Positions 1 to 10,402 of a DNA stretch of 64,000 bases are shown here, piece after piece. The stretch spans positions 18,531-82,530 of IMG/VR virus record IMGVR_UViG_3300020378_001929. The stretch is one strand, 5' to 3'. A program made the translations under genes and the position numbers. How positions within the stretch are numbered: position 1 is the stretch's first letter; each line of letters begins with the position of its first letter. Under the pieces are notes generated by a model, which made no database searches, was not told where the DNA came from, and saw nothing but the letters and a program-made list of their open reading frames with translations. This stretch comes from a virus.

Positions 1-649
1 GATACAGTACCCCATCCTTGTTCGTATCTTTTAATTGCCCAACAAGTGTGCCAGTCACATAGTAGTTTAGTTCTATTGATCCTTTGTCTATTCCGGAGCC
101 GTAAAAAATTCCCGGTACGCAGATCATGTTTACTTCTTTTGTTCCCAAGTCGCCGTAAGTAAACTGTGCCCCTATACGGTCTCTACTTTCTATAACATTT
201 CTTAGAGATCGAATATATTTTTTGTTTGACGCAGCAGTCGCTGCTGACCCGATGTTGCTAAACCCGTGATTGCTAAATTCTGTTCCAGATGGAACGAATA
301 TCCTTCTTAAGCCGGCTGTCATCGGATAACTTTGCGTTATTTGCGCGCCGTTTGCGAACTGCGTCTGGTCGTCAAATTGAGAAGTCGATACTGTCCTGTT
401 TGCATATCTGGTCGTATCCTTCGATATAAAAGAATACGCCAAGGAATTTGATGGTCTATTGATGTTTAACTCATGAAGGCTTATCTCGCCCTTCTGAGTA
501 ATATGAGTGACTTTGTTTGAAAAGTCGCCGGTCAACAGCATGTCATTATTTACGTAGACAGAGCCACTATAAACCAAAAAACTATACTCTGGTTTGGTGA
601 CCAGGGTACTGTATATTAAGTCCTGTCCTCCAAACTTTCTGTATGTCAT
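1..649 (-). CDS. Virion structural protein (3' end runs off the window); paralogue of the 653-1708 family
   Basis: Not in the ORF track. Manual translation from ATG at 649 (MTYRKFGGQDLIYSTLVTKPEY...VPGIFYGSGIDKGSIELNYYVTGTLVGQLKDTNKDGVLY) is open to the window edge. FYGSGIDKGSIEL resembles LVKDEIKKGSFSM in the upstream gene. Confidence 0.75.
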   Translation of the reverse strand, partial: MTYRKFGGQDLIYSTLVTKPEYSFLVYSGSVYVNNDMLLTGDFSNKVTHITQKGEISLHELNINRPSNSLAYSFISKDTTRYANRTVSTSQFDDQTQFANGAQITQSYPMTAGLRRIFVPSGTEFSNHGFSNIGSAATAASNKKYIRSLRNVIESRDRIGAQFTYGDLGTKEVNMICVPGIFYGSGIDKGSIELNYYVTGTLVGQLKDTNKDGVLY

Positions 650-652
650 TTT

Positions 653-1708
653 TCAATAATCCAGTCTGACCCTTAATGTCAGTTCGTTGGTGGGATCTTT
701 TCTTAATGGCTCAGACAATTTGGCAACCGCCAACAATTCATTGTCTGCCGAATATAATCCAACTGTTGTAACATATGACCGCGGGGGTGTCAACTCATTG
801 TTGCCCTTTACTACAATCTTGCTGCTCTTAAGATAAGTCGGGTTAGAACTATAATTAAATTCATTGTGATTAGCTCTACAAAAATATATTGTTGAATTAA
901 GCTCAGTAGTGTTGTTGAATTGTATGTTTGTTATTCTGTGTAGCAGTGCATCGCTGGCTATATCTATGTTCGACCCTGTTGCTATATTTGCTAGGTTCCT
1001 ACTTGTAAACAGTTTTGTGGTGCCGGTGGCTCCCATGCAAGAACTTGTTAAAACAATAACGCCGGCTTGGTAATAAATCAACCCGAAAGGATCGCCATAG
1101 CTGCCATCGCCGGCGCCAGGAGTGGATGATGTATATAAGAGTCCATATTCACCGGCGGGAGAATTTATTAAATAGCTGCTTTCGGCTCCTGAATCAGTCA
1201 AGGTGACGGTGGCGACATGCGATGCATTGCCGTATGCAGAACTGGTTCCGAGAGTCATGCTGAAGCTTCCTTTCTTTATCTCATCCTTAACCAGAAGACG
1301 AGAAAAGTTCATGAAGAAAGCAGACTTAAGTTTATCTGTTGTTGTGTTTGTAAAATTGCCATCCTTATCAAACATTCGGATGTTTCCATTGGTATCATAC
1401 CCAACCAGCACTTGAGCCATCTGGTTATACATATTTAGCTTTTTAGCATTCTGATTACTGGAAGATCCCGAGTAGGAAGATGACATATGGTAACCAAAGG
1501 AAACATCAAATATGTGATTAGCTGAGGAGCTTTGATGTGGATAATCATATACAGACTTAAACATGCCATGAGAAAAAGTCTTAATATTGTTGTTGCCTGA
1601 ATATGTTCCTGAAACGATTGAACCAGTAATTGGTATCACTTCGTGTAGAAGGGTTCTGGAACTGGTTCTGTCTGTTTCTGCAAATGGTTTGAAAAATGTG
1701 TTTGCCAT
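653..1708 (-). CDS. Virion structural protein with a C-terminal tail-fibre/baseplate anchor-like (DUF3751-like) motif
   Basis: 351 aa. C-terminal YVTTVGLYSADNELLAVAKLSEPLRK resembles the 'IREIGLFD.DG.LIAV' motif of tail-fibre N-terminal domains. Ser/Thr/Gly-rich. SD GGAG upstream. Confidence 0.6.
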   Translation of the reverse strand: MANTFFKPFAETDRTSSRTLLHEVIPITGSIVSGTYSGNNNIKTFSHGMFKSVYDYPHQSSSANHIFDVSFGYHMSSSYSGSSSNQNAKKLNMYNQMAQVLVGYDTNGNIRMFDKDGNFTNTTTDKLKSAFFMNFSRLLVKDEIKKGSFSMTLGTSSAYGNASHVATVTLTDSGAESSYLINSPAGEYGLLYTSSTPGAGDGSYGDPFGLIYYQAGVIVLTSSCMGATGTTKLFTSRNLANIATGSNIDIASDALLHRITNIQFNNTTELNSTIYFCRANHNEFNYSSNPTYLKSSKIVVKGNNELTPPRSYVTTVGLYSADNELLAVAKLSEPLRKDPTNELTLRVRLDY

Positions 1709-1724
1709 CGTTATCTCCTAACTA

Positions 1725-2780
1725 CTAAATTTTCCTAATTAGTCTTACTGGTATATCTATTGAGTAACCGGTTGTCACTCCAACTATGTTTATAAGGGTA
1801 TCTATGAATTTGTAAGCTGAGCCTGCCATTGTCTTTCCGGCGGCAAGGGTTACAGTTGTTGATCCTACAGATCCTATCTCATCAAAAAGGGCTATACCAT
1901 CACGTACGTGCATTGAAGCGCGGGGATATAATCTCAGAATAGAACCCAGAGGTCCGTCAAACATTTCGTATTGGTCTGCGCGGACGACTGTTTCAGTGTT
2001 TCCAATTAAGTTTGCTCTCTTTTGCCTGTTTCCTGTTGTGAAGGACGTTGCATTAATTGCACTTCCAGGTTTTCCTTCTACACAAGAAGTGCCGTCGCCT
2101 AGAGCCACATAATAGGAAGCAATACCATCGTCGTCAACAAATTGATTCGGAAGTGCAGATGTGCCATTTCCGCTGGAGTTTAATTGATGCAGTGATATAA
2201 GTCTGTGATCAGCCTTTATCAAGTATGCAGTCTCAACTAGCTCATCTGAAAGCTCTTGCTTAAAGGATATGCCATTTTCACTACTGTTAATACCCTGATC
2301 GATAACGACCTTATTTGTCGCATCACTCTTGACGTTGCTGTCTTGCCCTCTAAGAATACCTGTCGCCATCTTGTCAATTCGGCTAGCGCCGCCGGCACGT
2401 TCGGTGTTTTGATCCGCCAACAACATGAATCCCCCAGAGAAGCCCGAAGTACCGTCTTCTAGTTCTGTGTTGTTTCCAGAAAAGCTGTTAATTTTAAGAA
2501 TTGGCATAAACAGCAAGTTGTTGCTGTTCATAGATATAAGCTTGCTTTTCATTAAAGAAGAATTGTTTGTAAAAGCCTCTAGAATTGGTGTTTGCATTAC
2601 TTCTATGTCGTAAAATGCAGATCCGCTTGGGTGGCTTGCATTGAAGACACCATAATTTATCTCTTCGTCGCCAAAAGCGAACTTTGTTATTTTGAAATTA
2701 CCCCTAGCCATTCGTTGACGACCGGCGTCTGTCAAGACAGCATCAAGAATAATATCTCCTGAGTTATCTAAAAAAGCCAT
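1725..2780 (-). CDS. Virion structural protein (baseplate/tail-associated)
   Basis: 351 aa. N-terminal LDAVLTDAGRQRMARGNFKITKFAFGDEEINY resembles the 'LT..G...la......IT.ma.GD' start of tail-fibre anchor domains. Strong SD AAGGAG. Confidence 0.6.
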   Translation of the reverse strand: MAFLDNSGDIILDAVLTDAGRQRMARGNFKITKFAFGDEEINYGVFNASHPSGSAFYDIEVMQTPILEAFTNNSSLMKSKLISMNSNNLLFMPILKINSFSGNNTELEDGTSGFSGGFMLLADQNTERAGGASRIDKMATGILRGQDSNVKSDATNKVVIDQGINSSENGISFKQELSDELVETAYLIKADHRLISLHQLNSSGNGTSALPNQFVDDDGIASYYVALGDGTSCVEGKPGSAINATSFTTGNRQKRANLIGNTETVVRADQYEMFDGPLGSILRLYPRASMHVRDGIALFDEIGSVGSTTVTLAAGKTMAGSAYKFIDTLINIVGVTTGYSIDIPVRLIRKI

Positions 2781-2813
2781 TAATACACTCCTTTTTAATA
2801 TGAAAAATCATTA

Positions 2814-2822
2814 ATAAATAGT
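2814..2822 (-). promoter_or_regulatory. Candidate late-promoter element ACTATTTAT
   Basis: In the 2781-2855 intergenic gap. An identical 9-mer lies upstream of the gp25-like gene (26430-26438). Confidence 0.45.
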
Positions 2823-2855
2823 ATTTTGTAGCAAATAATCCTTTTATTTTAAAAA

Positions 2856-5800
2856 TCATTCTTCCTTAAGTATTTGTACTTTATTCTGACTAAACACAAT
2901 ATTTAAATCTATCTTTTTTCCTGTTTTCTTAGAAGTGCACCTAATCTTGAATTTTTTGTCCCACAAGCTGTCTTCACCAGATGCCTTGCCAAGTGAGAGT
3001 TTGTCTATATCTGGTGCAGTCTTCTGAAAAGATTTTGTATCTACTTTTGTTCTTATTCCAAGATCTTCTCTTAATTTTTGTAGCGCAGTTTTTTTACCAG
3101 ATGACGCGATATCTTCCAGAGCCAGATCAAAATTAACAACTTTTTGTTCTAAGTTTGGTGAAATTTTTATTCGCCGAGAGAAAGATTTTTTAAATTCTGC
3201 AGGCTTTGGATACATTTCATATGGTTCCATATCCATTATGATACCGTTTTCATAACTAATCATCCTGACTCTGAACACCTCTGTTGGGTTGGACACCCCT
3301 CCTTTGTCGATGGTTCTAAAAGTATAGTAATAATTCTTATTTGGCTCGACCTTGTCAATTCTAAACAGTTTAGTTTTACCAACTGCCTCTGCTCTGACTA
3401 TAGTTGCATCTGGTGCGTCAAAATCTGTATATTTTTCGGGCGCGTCGGGGATCCGGATCATTTCAAAATGCGTCGGTAGAGAATCTGATTTGTACATAAC
3501 TCCAGACAACGGATCTGTTATAGCCTGATCGTTATACATTTCTGCAATTGACGAGAAGTCTTCTCCAAAGATTGCGATTGGGCGCTCCATAACTTGCCCA
3601 AAAGAGTGTTGCACTAGTATTGAATATTGATCATCAATGCCTTGGTATGGCAAAAACGTAACTTGCGGTGTCATGGGCGGAAGATCAACTGTCGTAACTA
3701 CTTTTTCAAAAAAGGGCGCCTTGATGATAGCCAATTTCTTATTTGACCACACTCTCATGTTAACTGGTTCGTTGCCCTCTGAGGAATCTGCGAACGCTCC
3801 GTTTGGTCCGGGCATTCTGGCATCCCAGTTAAAACTTTTATTTTGATAATATGCATACTCAGACCCAACAACAAAGTTTATTGTAAAAACTTTATATCGA
3901 TATTTCGTACCAGGTAAAATCTGAGTGTCTAAGAAATCAAATTTTTTGACCGAGTCGTTATCCATGAATATAAACTCTTGCACTTTAACGTCAGCGTCTT
4001 GATTGTCAACATTTTTTACAACCCTGTATTTTTCAACATAGTAACCTAAAACTTCAGAATATGCTTTTCTGCCATTCAATATGTCTGCAAAACTTCTCTG
4101 TATGTCTGCATCTACTATCTGCTTCTCAAGCTGACCTAAGAATATTTGGCTCCTAATCAGCTCCTCTAGTTTTAATAAATTCTCTTTGTCCCACCCACTA
4201 TAGAACAGCGGATATTCTTCTAGCTGTCTGGGCCAGTAAAGATCATGACTTCGACCATGAAGGTCTGCTAAATTTAATAGAAATTCCGGGTCTAATATCA
4301 CATCTTCTGTTATATTGTGGGATTCTTTATCATTTTGGGTTCTATCTTGTGTTCGACCTAAGAAATTACCCCTGTCATCCATAGCATTGGGGTCTCTTCT
4401 TATAAGTTGGTCATCTAGAATTTTTCCAAAAATTTCTTGTGTGAATCTTCCTCTTGCAATCTCTTTTGTGGATTCGGACAACTTTGGGTTACTATCTGTC
4501 CAATATTCAGATGGATTCTCCTTGAATAGTTGCAGAAGCAAAATATCCATTTTGTTTCTCTGAAATGCTGCGTTTATAGGTCCGCCCTGCTTTGTATTTA
4601 TTGAAATTTCTATGTAGTTAGTTAGGGACCCTTTGATGGACTTGTTTATTTCTTCTAGCATCTCAATCTTATCACTTGGAAACTTTAATATTCGACTAGA
4701 ATTATAAACGCTGTCACCCTCTACGAAAATATTGCCTGGGATTGGGGCTGAGACTGCTCCAGTGCCTAAAGGCGTATCACTTCGGGACTGCCCAAGTTCA
4801 GCTCCTGCTTGAGCAAGATTTTGATTAATTATCTGTTCGGACGCCGCGAGAGCTGGGTTGTTAAGGGTTGCAGAATAGATAGACTGCCTTGTTTGAGTAT
4901 CTGCTTCATACCCCACAATAGTTCGTTGATTTAGTTCTACAAGTCCGTCCGGTAGATTCTCTATTAGTGTGTTACCAGAGTCAATACTCTTGTTAATCTG
5001 TTTTGCTTGATAGTATTCATAAACACTTGGAATAGCTAGCTCTGAAGTAAGTCCTAATCTTAATTCGTGATTTCCAATTGTTGGTTTGATCGCAACACTA
5101 TCAAATCTAGAAAAGAGGATCTGATTTAGCTCCTCTTCGTGATATGCTACGGGGGCGTCAAAAACAAAGTCTCTCAGAGCGTTTCTACCTAAATCCTCTC
5201 TAGTCCCATCTGACTCTACAAGTAAACCTGAAAACTTTATTGCGGGTGTTCGATAAAATCTCTTAAGTGGTTGCCCACCATTTTGTGCGCGAAGGAGAGG
5301 GTATGTTTTCGAGTGTCGACCTCTTACAAAAAAGTCCATCACTTTCCCAGTAGAGTTTAGAAAAAACTGCTTCATGCGATTTAATTGTTCAGCATTCCAC
5401 TCGCACCTAATATATTCTACTGTATTGAATCCCTCAAAATTAAGTCTCTCAGGAGCATTATCATTTTCAGGCGCCGCGTGAGTAACTTTCCTGTAGAACT
5501 CCGGGTTAATTCTGAACATTGGCTTATCCGTAAAGGTACCTATTATTTCTGCAAGAGTGTCTCCATAGCTCCATGGACCAACTGTATAATTTTGTATTGA
5601 TCTTTCATCTTCAGGGTCGAGTCTTGGATCGCCGAAGGGCTTACAGAACAATTGTTCCGATGACCTAAATTTGGAGTGAAACCAAAAAGATTGCATTGTC
5701 AGCCTAAAATTATCTATTTGTTCTAAAACTTTCTCATCTTCTTTCCTTGCGAGGTATAAAGACGGGTGGCTAATCATAGCAAAACGCGGTACTGGATCAC

Positions 5801-6200
5801 TTTCATCTGCGGGGGATTCTATGAACAGTGATTCGTTTATTGTTGTTAGGTCTCGGGTTGCGGACAGGTATTGCGCATCTCGATTAGGCACCGGGACAAC
5901 TAAGTCTTCAGATCTGGGTATTTCATCAGATTCCTGCAAAATAAAAGGAGTAATAGGTGGAAGCACAGGAGTTCCCTGTACGGCGTTGAAAACCGTCGCG
6001 AAGGGGTTGGCGCCTTCGGATCTTGGTGGTGGCGCAGGTGCAGGCTCCGGTGGGTTTCTTAAGCTGTCAGCATCAACACATTCATACACTCCATCTACTA
6101 GCGTGCGCACTTGACCGGGTGGGCAAACTGGTCCCACTGAACCAGTCGATGTTGCCGACCCTAAATCTATATCTGGTTCACATGGGTTTTTTACTGCCAT
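2856..6200 (-). CDS. Large structural-region protein with two fibronectin type III-like segments
   Basis: 1114 aa. FLDTQILPGTKYRYKV and IDKVEPNKNYYYTFRTIDKGGVSNP match FN3-type 'L.P.T.Y.Y.V' signatures. Pro/Cys-rich N-terminus. SD GGAGAGG. Confidence 0.5.
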   Translation of the reverse strand: MAVKNPCEPDIDLGSATSTGSVGPVCPPGQVRTLVDGVYECVDADSLRNPPEPAPAPPPRSEGANPFATVFNAVQGTPVLPPITPFILQESDEIPRSEDLVVPVPNRDAQYLSATRDLTTINESLFIESPADESDPVPRFAMISHPSLYLARKEDEKVLEQIDNFRLTMQSFWFHSKFRSSEQLFCKPFGDPRLDPEDERSIQNYTVGPWSYGDTLAEIIGTFTDKPMFRINPEFYRKVTHAAPENDNAPERLNFEGFNTVEYIRCEWNAEQLNRMKQFFLNSTGKVMDFFVRGRHSKTYPLLRAQNGGQPLKRFYRTPAIKFSGLLVESDGTREDLGRNALRDFVFDAPVAYHEEELNQILFSRFDSVAIKPTIGNHELRLGLTSELAIPSVYEYYQAKQINKSIDSGNTLIENLPDGLVELNQRTIVGYEADTQTRQSIYSATLNNPALAASEQIINQNLAQAGAELGQSRSDTPLGTGAVSAPIPGNIFVEGDSVYNSSRILKFPSDKIEMLEEINKSIKGSLTNYIEISINTKQGGPINAAFQRNKMDILLLQLFKENPSEYWTDSNPKLSESTKEIARGRFTQEIFGKILDDQLIRRDPNAMDDRGNFLGRTQDRTQNDKESHNITEDVILDPEFLLNLADLHGRSHDLYWPRQLEEYPLFYSGWDKENLLKLEELIRSQIFLGQLEKQIVDADIQRSFADILNGRKAYSEVLGYYVEKYRVVKNVDNQDADVKVQEFIFMDNDSVKKFDFLDTQILPGTKYRYKVFTINFVVGSEYAYYQNKSFNWDARMPGPNGAFADSSEGNEPVNMRVWSNKKLAIIKAPFFEKVVTTVDLPPMTPQVTFLPYQGIDDQYSILVQHSFGQVMERPIAIFGEDFSSIAEMYNDQAITDPLSGVMYKSDSLPTHFEMIRIPDAPEKYTDFDAPDATIVRAEAVGKTKLFRIDKVEPNKNYYYTFRTIDKGGVSNPTEVFRVRMISYENGIIMDMEPYEMYPKPAEFKKSFSRRIKISPNLEQKVVNFDLALEDIASSGKKTALQKLREDLGIRTKVDTKSFQKTAPDIDKLSLGKASGEDSLWDKKFKIRCTSKKTGKKIDLNIVFSQNKVQILKEE

Positions 6201-6224
6201 ATGCTTAGCCTCTCCGTTTTCATT

Positions 6225-9200
6225 TTAGTATCCTGATCCTCCTTTGGGTCCCGAACTTACACCAGTGGATGGCGAAGACTGGATTTGAGGTCTCACACTA
6301 GTTTGCGATTGAACTCTTGGGCGAGATGAACTACTTCTACTGCGTCTGCCCGCGGGCTTATTTTCCTGACTTGGCGATGATCTGACATTATTGACCGGTT
6401 GGGCGCCTTTTAGACTATTGGCTGTTGCTTCTTGGATCACAACGCCGAAGGGACCGGGAGTGTCAGACTTAATTATTACGCCTTGTTCATCGTAAGTAAA
6501 TGTCTCGAACTGTTTACCTTCAAGTTCACCAACTGTATTACGCACGTCCATAGATCTACTTTCTCTGTTACTAGCTAAGCTTGTTCTCGTGGTTGACCTT
6601 TCTTGATATGTGTTCGCCCTATAGCTAGCTGATTGAGTAGAGTTTCTTGCTGAGATTAAGCTCTTTATCGTATCATAAGCTTCTCCTAATGTACTAGAGT
6701 TTAACTCAATATCCCTATATTTGTTTTCCATCTGCTTGATAAATATTTCTTGATTTTCTGATGTTTCTATTGTGTTTATGATTGAGTTTTGCAAATCTTT
6801 TGAGATAGGATCTAATCTTTCTTTGTCTTTATTGTCTGGCTCACCTTCAAAGCCTAGGTTTGTTGAGCTTAAAATTCCTTCTAGCGAGGTGCCGCCGACA
6901 GAGTTAAGTAGCTCGTTTAATTCGTTGATACTATTGAAAACTCCCTCTTTTGGATCTGGTGTTGTTGGCGGAGCAGTCCTAGATCTTTCAATCGCCGCCA
7001 TAATACGGGCATGCGCGCGATTTAAGATTTCAGGATCGTTACTTCGCCCTGGGGATGTTTCCCATAAGTCTTGTGTTCGATATAACTTATCATCATTTAC
7101 AATATAACCCTCTTCAGGATTTGAGGCTTCTTCTTTTGCTAAAATATCAGTGATGACATCTATAGTAAATATTCTAGATATCTGAGAACTCTCTTCGGAT
7201 GCCGGCTCGAAAAGCACAGCATTCTTACTCAGCGCTGACATTTGTGAAGTTGTAACGCCAGAAACCATAATTAAGCTATCTGGAAAGTTTATTCCTGACT
7301 TTATGCTCTTCTTTTTGTTTCCAAAATTCTGACCGTCGTAAGAAGAGGCGGTGTTGGCTGTGGACAATTTTTTCACTTTGTCATATAATTTAAAACACAA
7401 GTTTTCAAAAAACTCTAAACTCTCGACTGTTGTACTTTTTGGAAGCAAAGATTCAACTATGCTATCTATTTTTCTAAAATTACTAAATATTGATTCTGCT
7501 GTTATAAGATAGTATACCACACAGTAGGATCTGACGACCTTATTCACAACATTAAGATATTGACTTTGGGCTCGTTCTTTGAACTCTAAAGTAAAATCCT
7601 GTATAGAATGGTCGTAGTTTCCTCTCATCACTTCTGAAGATGGTGGAACGGTTGTCTTAAACTGATAACCACTGTAAAATAATGAATTTTCCTGACTGAT
7701 AAATGGTCTTTGTGCTTCTTTTACATACCCCGAGTATGCGTCAAGTCTTTTCTTAAAATCTTTTAGGTGCTTTTTAAGTGTCTTTAGTACCCCATCTTCC
7801 ATTGTCAAGTCAACAACATATCTGTATTTTCCTGTATTATAGTTTTCAAATAGGTCATAATCATGCACTTCTATCAGAGATTTTCTTGGCAAAGGTCCCG
7901 AATTTCCACTAGATGGAGGTTGGAAGATTCTTGCCTTTTTGTTGCTAGCCTCTTTTATTATTCTTCCCCCGGAAACCTCTCTATCAGCGGTAGTGCGAAT
8001 AATTTCTCTTTTTAGCTCAGTTTGGTCGTACCTTTCATACGCCGGTGATGACACTGAGTTATTTCCAAGTTGGCTATTAGTAACTCTTTCTCTGTTAACA
8101 ACCAGCGCTCTTACCGTTGATGCGTCAGTAAAATCATTTAGTAGTCGCGCGCTGAATTCAGCTGATCCTCTTGATGTTTTATATTTTTCTCTGTGGGCGT
8201 CTATAAGATATCCAAACCTAGAATTTGTAGACACAATATCTAACACATCAATAAACATATGAGAGCCATGAAAGCTTCGACTATTGTTCACGCCAATCCA
8301 AGATTTTGGAGTGCCTGAAAGTGGGTTAAAATTATCCTTTTTTATTGATAATATTGCTCTTCTCTTAAGATATTCAGAAGCTTGAGATTGGTTGTTATCT
8401 TGTGAAAATTCTATGATTTGACCGAGTTGAGCCTTCAATGATCTTAATATAGTGTCCCCAAAAGCTAACGGACCAGTGTCGGACACCGTTGGCTGAGCTG
8501 ACATAAATGTATATCCCGAAAACGTATTTTTCTGAGTTAGTGGCTTTCCGTCGTGCCCGAGGGCGCGCTGAGTGAATTTTGATACAATCTTTGTATTTTT
8601 AACTTCTCTGACTTGTAATTTAGCTGCTTCAGACATTCTTTCTGCAAAAGCTGGTCCCGACATATACCCAATATATCCATTTGGACCAGGAAAGTCTGAA
8701 GTGTGCTCGTGGACTGGTCCACTGTATCTGGCACCGTCGGGGGTAAAAAACGCCTTTCTTTTTGCAGGAACGATAAAATCTTGATATGAAACATTTTCTT
8801 CATCTTTAATGAGACATTTTTCAAACAAAAGCGGTCCGGACAGTTTAGAAAAAGATGCAATTGCAGACTTGGGTAAGTCGAAGTCCTCATGTAGCCCTTC
8901 TAAATCTATTGATGCAAACGCCATTAGATTCAGTCCATCGATGTCGCTACTAAGGGGATCCCCATTAAACGGAACCCTTATGTTAAAAGAGGTATTGTAT
9001 CCTTCAGGATCGGCTAACGCTGTAGAATCTAAAGGCTCTGTGCCGTATTTTCTCTGTTTAGGATCTTTATTAAAATCTTCTTCTTGAAATATTTCGTCTA
9101 ACGAGACAGCTGCCCATCCAAAAAATTTGTACGGATTATAGCCCGGTCTGGTGGTAAAGCGAGCCCACCACTGTAACTTGCCGCCTTCATCGCCAAGAGC

Positions 9201-9491
9201 ATGATGCCACAATCTGTAAACATTCGCCATGCCGGCAGCTTGGCTTAAACTGGCTATTCGAGTTTCAGGGTAATAAAAATCAGCCATCCCGCTAGGAGAC
9301 AATGGCGGAGAGGCAATGAAATAGTACTTTATGTATTGGCTAAATTCTGAGGATCCAATCCAGTTTGTGTAACTTAGATTTCTAGGTCTTTGCAAAACTG
9401 CTTGAATTTCCATATCTTTTTCCGATATTGCAACTTTTTTTATTGCAAACTTTGGAAGAAGTTCGGAATTCTGAACATAATAGTCTGTCAT
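6225..9491 (-). CDS. Large hypothetical protein in the structural module
   Basis: 1088 aa, ATGA overlap with the upstream gene. Short DGARYSGPVHEH...GYMSGP motif and a Ser/Arg-rich low-complexity C-terminus. Function not recognisable. Confidence 0.7.
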   Translation of the reverse strand: MTDYYVQNSELLPKFAIKKVAISEKDMEIQAVLQRPRNLSYTNWIGSSEFSQYIKYYFIASPPLSPSGMADFYYPETRIASLSQAAGMANVYRLWHHALGDEGGKLQWWARFTTRPGYNPYKFFGWAAVSLDEIFQEEDFNKDPKQRKYGTEPLDSTALADPEGYNTSFNIRVPFNGDPLSSDIDGLNLMAFASIDLEGLHEDFDLPKSAIASFSKLSGPLLFEKCLIKDEENVSYQDFIVPAKRKAFFTPDGARYSGPVHEHTSDFPGPNGYIGYMSGPAFAERMSEAAKLQVREVKNTKIVSKFTQRALGHDGKPLTQKNTFSGYTFMSAQPTVSDTGPLAFGDTILRSLKAQLGQIIEFSQDNNQSQASEYLKRRAILSIKKDNFNPLSGTPKSWIGVNNSRSFHGSHMFIDVLDIVSTNSRFGYLIDAHREKYKTSRGSAEFSARLLNDFTDASTVRALVVNRERVTNSQLGNNSVSSPAYERYDQTELKREIIRTTADREVSGGRIIKEASNKKARIFQPPSSGNSGPLPRKSLIEVHDYDLFENYNTGKYRYVVDLTMEDGVLKTLKKHLKDFKKRLDAYSGYVKEAQRPFISQENSLFYSGYQFKTTVPPSSEVMRGNYDHSIQDFTLEFKERAQSQYLNVVNKVVRSYCVVYYLITAESIFSNFRKIDSIVESLLPKSTTVESLEFFENLCFKLYDKVKKLSTANTASSYDGQNFGNKKKSIKSGINFPDSLIMVSGVTTSQMSALSKNAVLFEPASEESSQISRIFTIDVITDILAKEEASNPEEGYIVNDDKLYRTQDLWETSPGRSNDPEILNRAHARIMAAIERSRTAPPTTPDPKEGVFNSINELNELLNSVGGTSLEGILSSTNLGFEGEPDNKDKERLDPISKDLQNSIINTIETSENQEIFIKQMENKYRDIELNSSTLGEAYDTIKSLISARNSTQSASYRANTYQERSTTRTSLASNRESRSMDVRNTVGELEGKQFETFTYDEQGVIIKSDTPGPFGVVIQEATANSLKGAQPVNNVRSSPSQENKPAGRRSRSSSSRPRVQSQTSVRPQIQSSPSTGVSSGPKGGSGY

Positions 9492-10381
9492 TTGTTGTCT
9501 CCGTAAGTAGGAGTCGTGGGACCGGGTTCAGATCGGGGTTCTGGTAGACGCTCTGCGGCTGCAGCGTTTTTAGCAAGGGTCATATTAGTATTTTCGTTTA
9601 TAACTTCTTCGTCTATTTCATCATCAACGACTATCTTAATATATTTAGAAACCTCTTCCTCAGTCTCAAGTCGAACCCACTTTCCATCATCCTTCTCTTT
9701 GAAAATTTCTATGTCGAAGTTTTCCAGTAGGTCGTCTACCTCCAGCTCTTCAAGATCTATAAGGACATCCTGCTCGTTGTGCGCTATAGAGGTTTTATCT
9801 AAAAATTCTATTTTTTTAGCCATCAGGTCCATATAGTATTCTCTTTCGAGAATCTCGTCAGGGACTTCTACCTGTTTTCTTCTATCTTCTAGTAATTCGT
9901 GGGATGCAGAAAAATTTAATTGGGGAATTGGTAAAGCAATCCCTTCAACTGTAGTTGTTTGCTTCGGATTCTTAATCTCTGAATCTTCTGCTTTTACTCT
10001 AAAAGTTGGCGATTCTTTTTCATTTACCCTGCTGTGTTGTAGAGGGTACTTCAGGATCCTGCCTTGTAGAAACGGATCTTGTCTTCTTTTGATTTCTGGA
10101 AAAGTCTTTACTGATCCTGAGTTTATTAAATTTTGATTCTCTTCAAACCTTTTTTCGATTGGTATCACAAGATATTGGGTCTTTAGCCTCTGAGCTTCTT
10201 CTATTCTCTCGGTTGAGCGTTTTTGGGTTTCCTTTATCCCGGCGAATTCAGAATTATAAATTATGTCATCGTCAAAAAAACAATAATACACAGGCTTGAA
10301 AAACCCTCTCGCTAAAAGGTTTTTTCCAAATTGAGTTAATTTTATGTCTATTACATCCTGTTTTTTATCAAAAAATGACAC
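9488..10381 (-). CDS. Virion structural protein; N-terminus paralogous to the 1725-2780 gene
   Basis: 297 aa, GTG start with GAGG upstream. MSFFDKKQDVIDIKLTQFGKNLLARGFFKPVYYCFFDDDIIY aligns by eye with MAFLDNSGDIILDAVLTDAGRQRMARGNFKITKFAFGDEEINY. Confidence 0.6.
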   Translation of the reverse strand: MSFFDKKQDVIDIKLTQFGKNLLARGFFKPVYYCFFDDDIIYNSEFAGIKETQKRSTERIEEAQRLKTQYLVIPIEKRFEENQNLINSGSVKTFPEIKRRQDPFLQGRILKYPLQHSRVNEKESPTFRVKAEDSEIKNPKQTTTVEGIALPIPQLNFSASHELLEDRRKQVEVPDEILEREYYMDLMAKKIEFLDKTSIAHNEQDVLIDLEELEVDDLLENFDIEIFKEKDDGKWVRLETEEEVSKYIKIVVDDEIDEEVINENTNMTLAKNAAAAERLPEPRSEPGPTTPTYGDNK

Positions 10382-10402
10382 TGGGTGACCTCAACTTATA
10401 GA

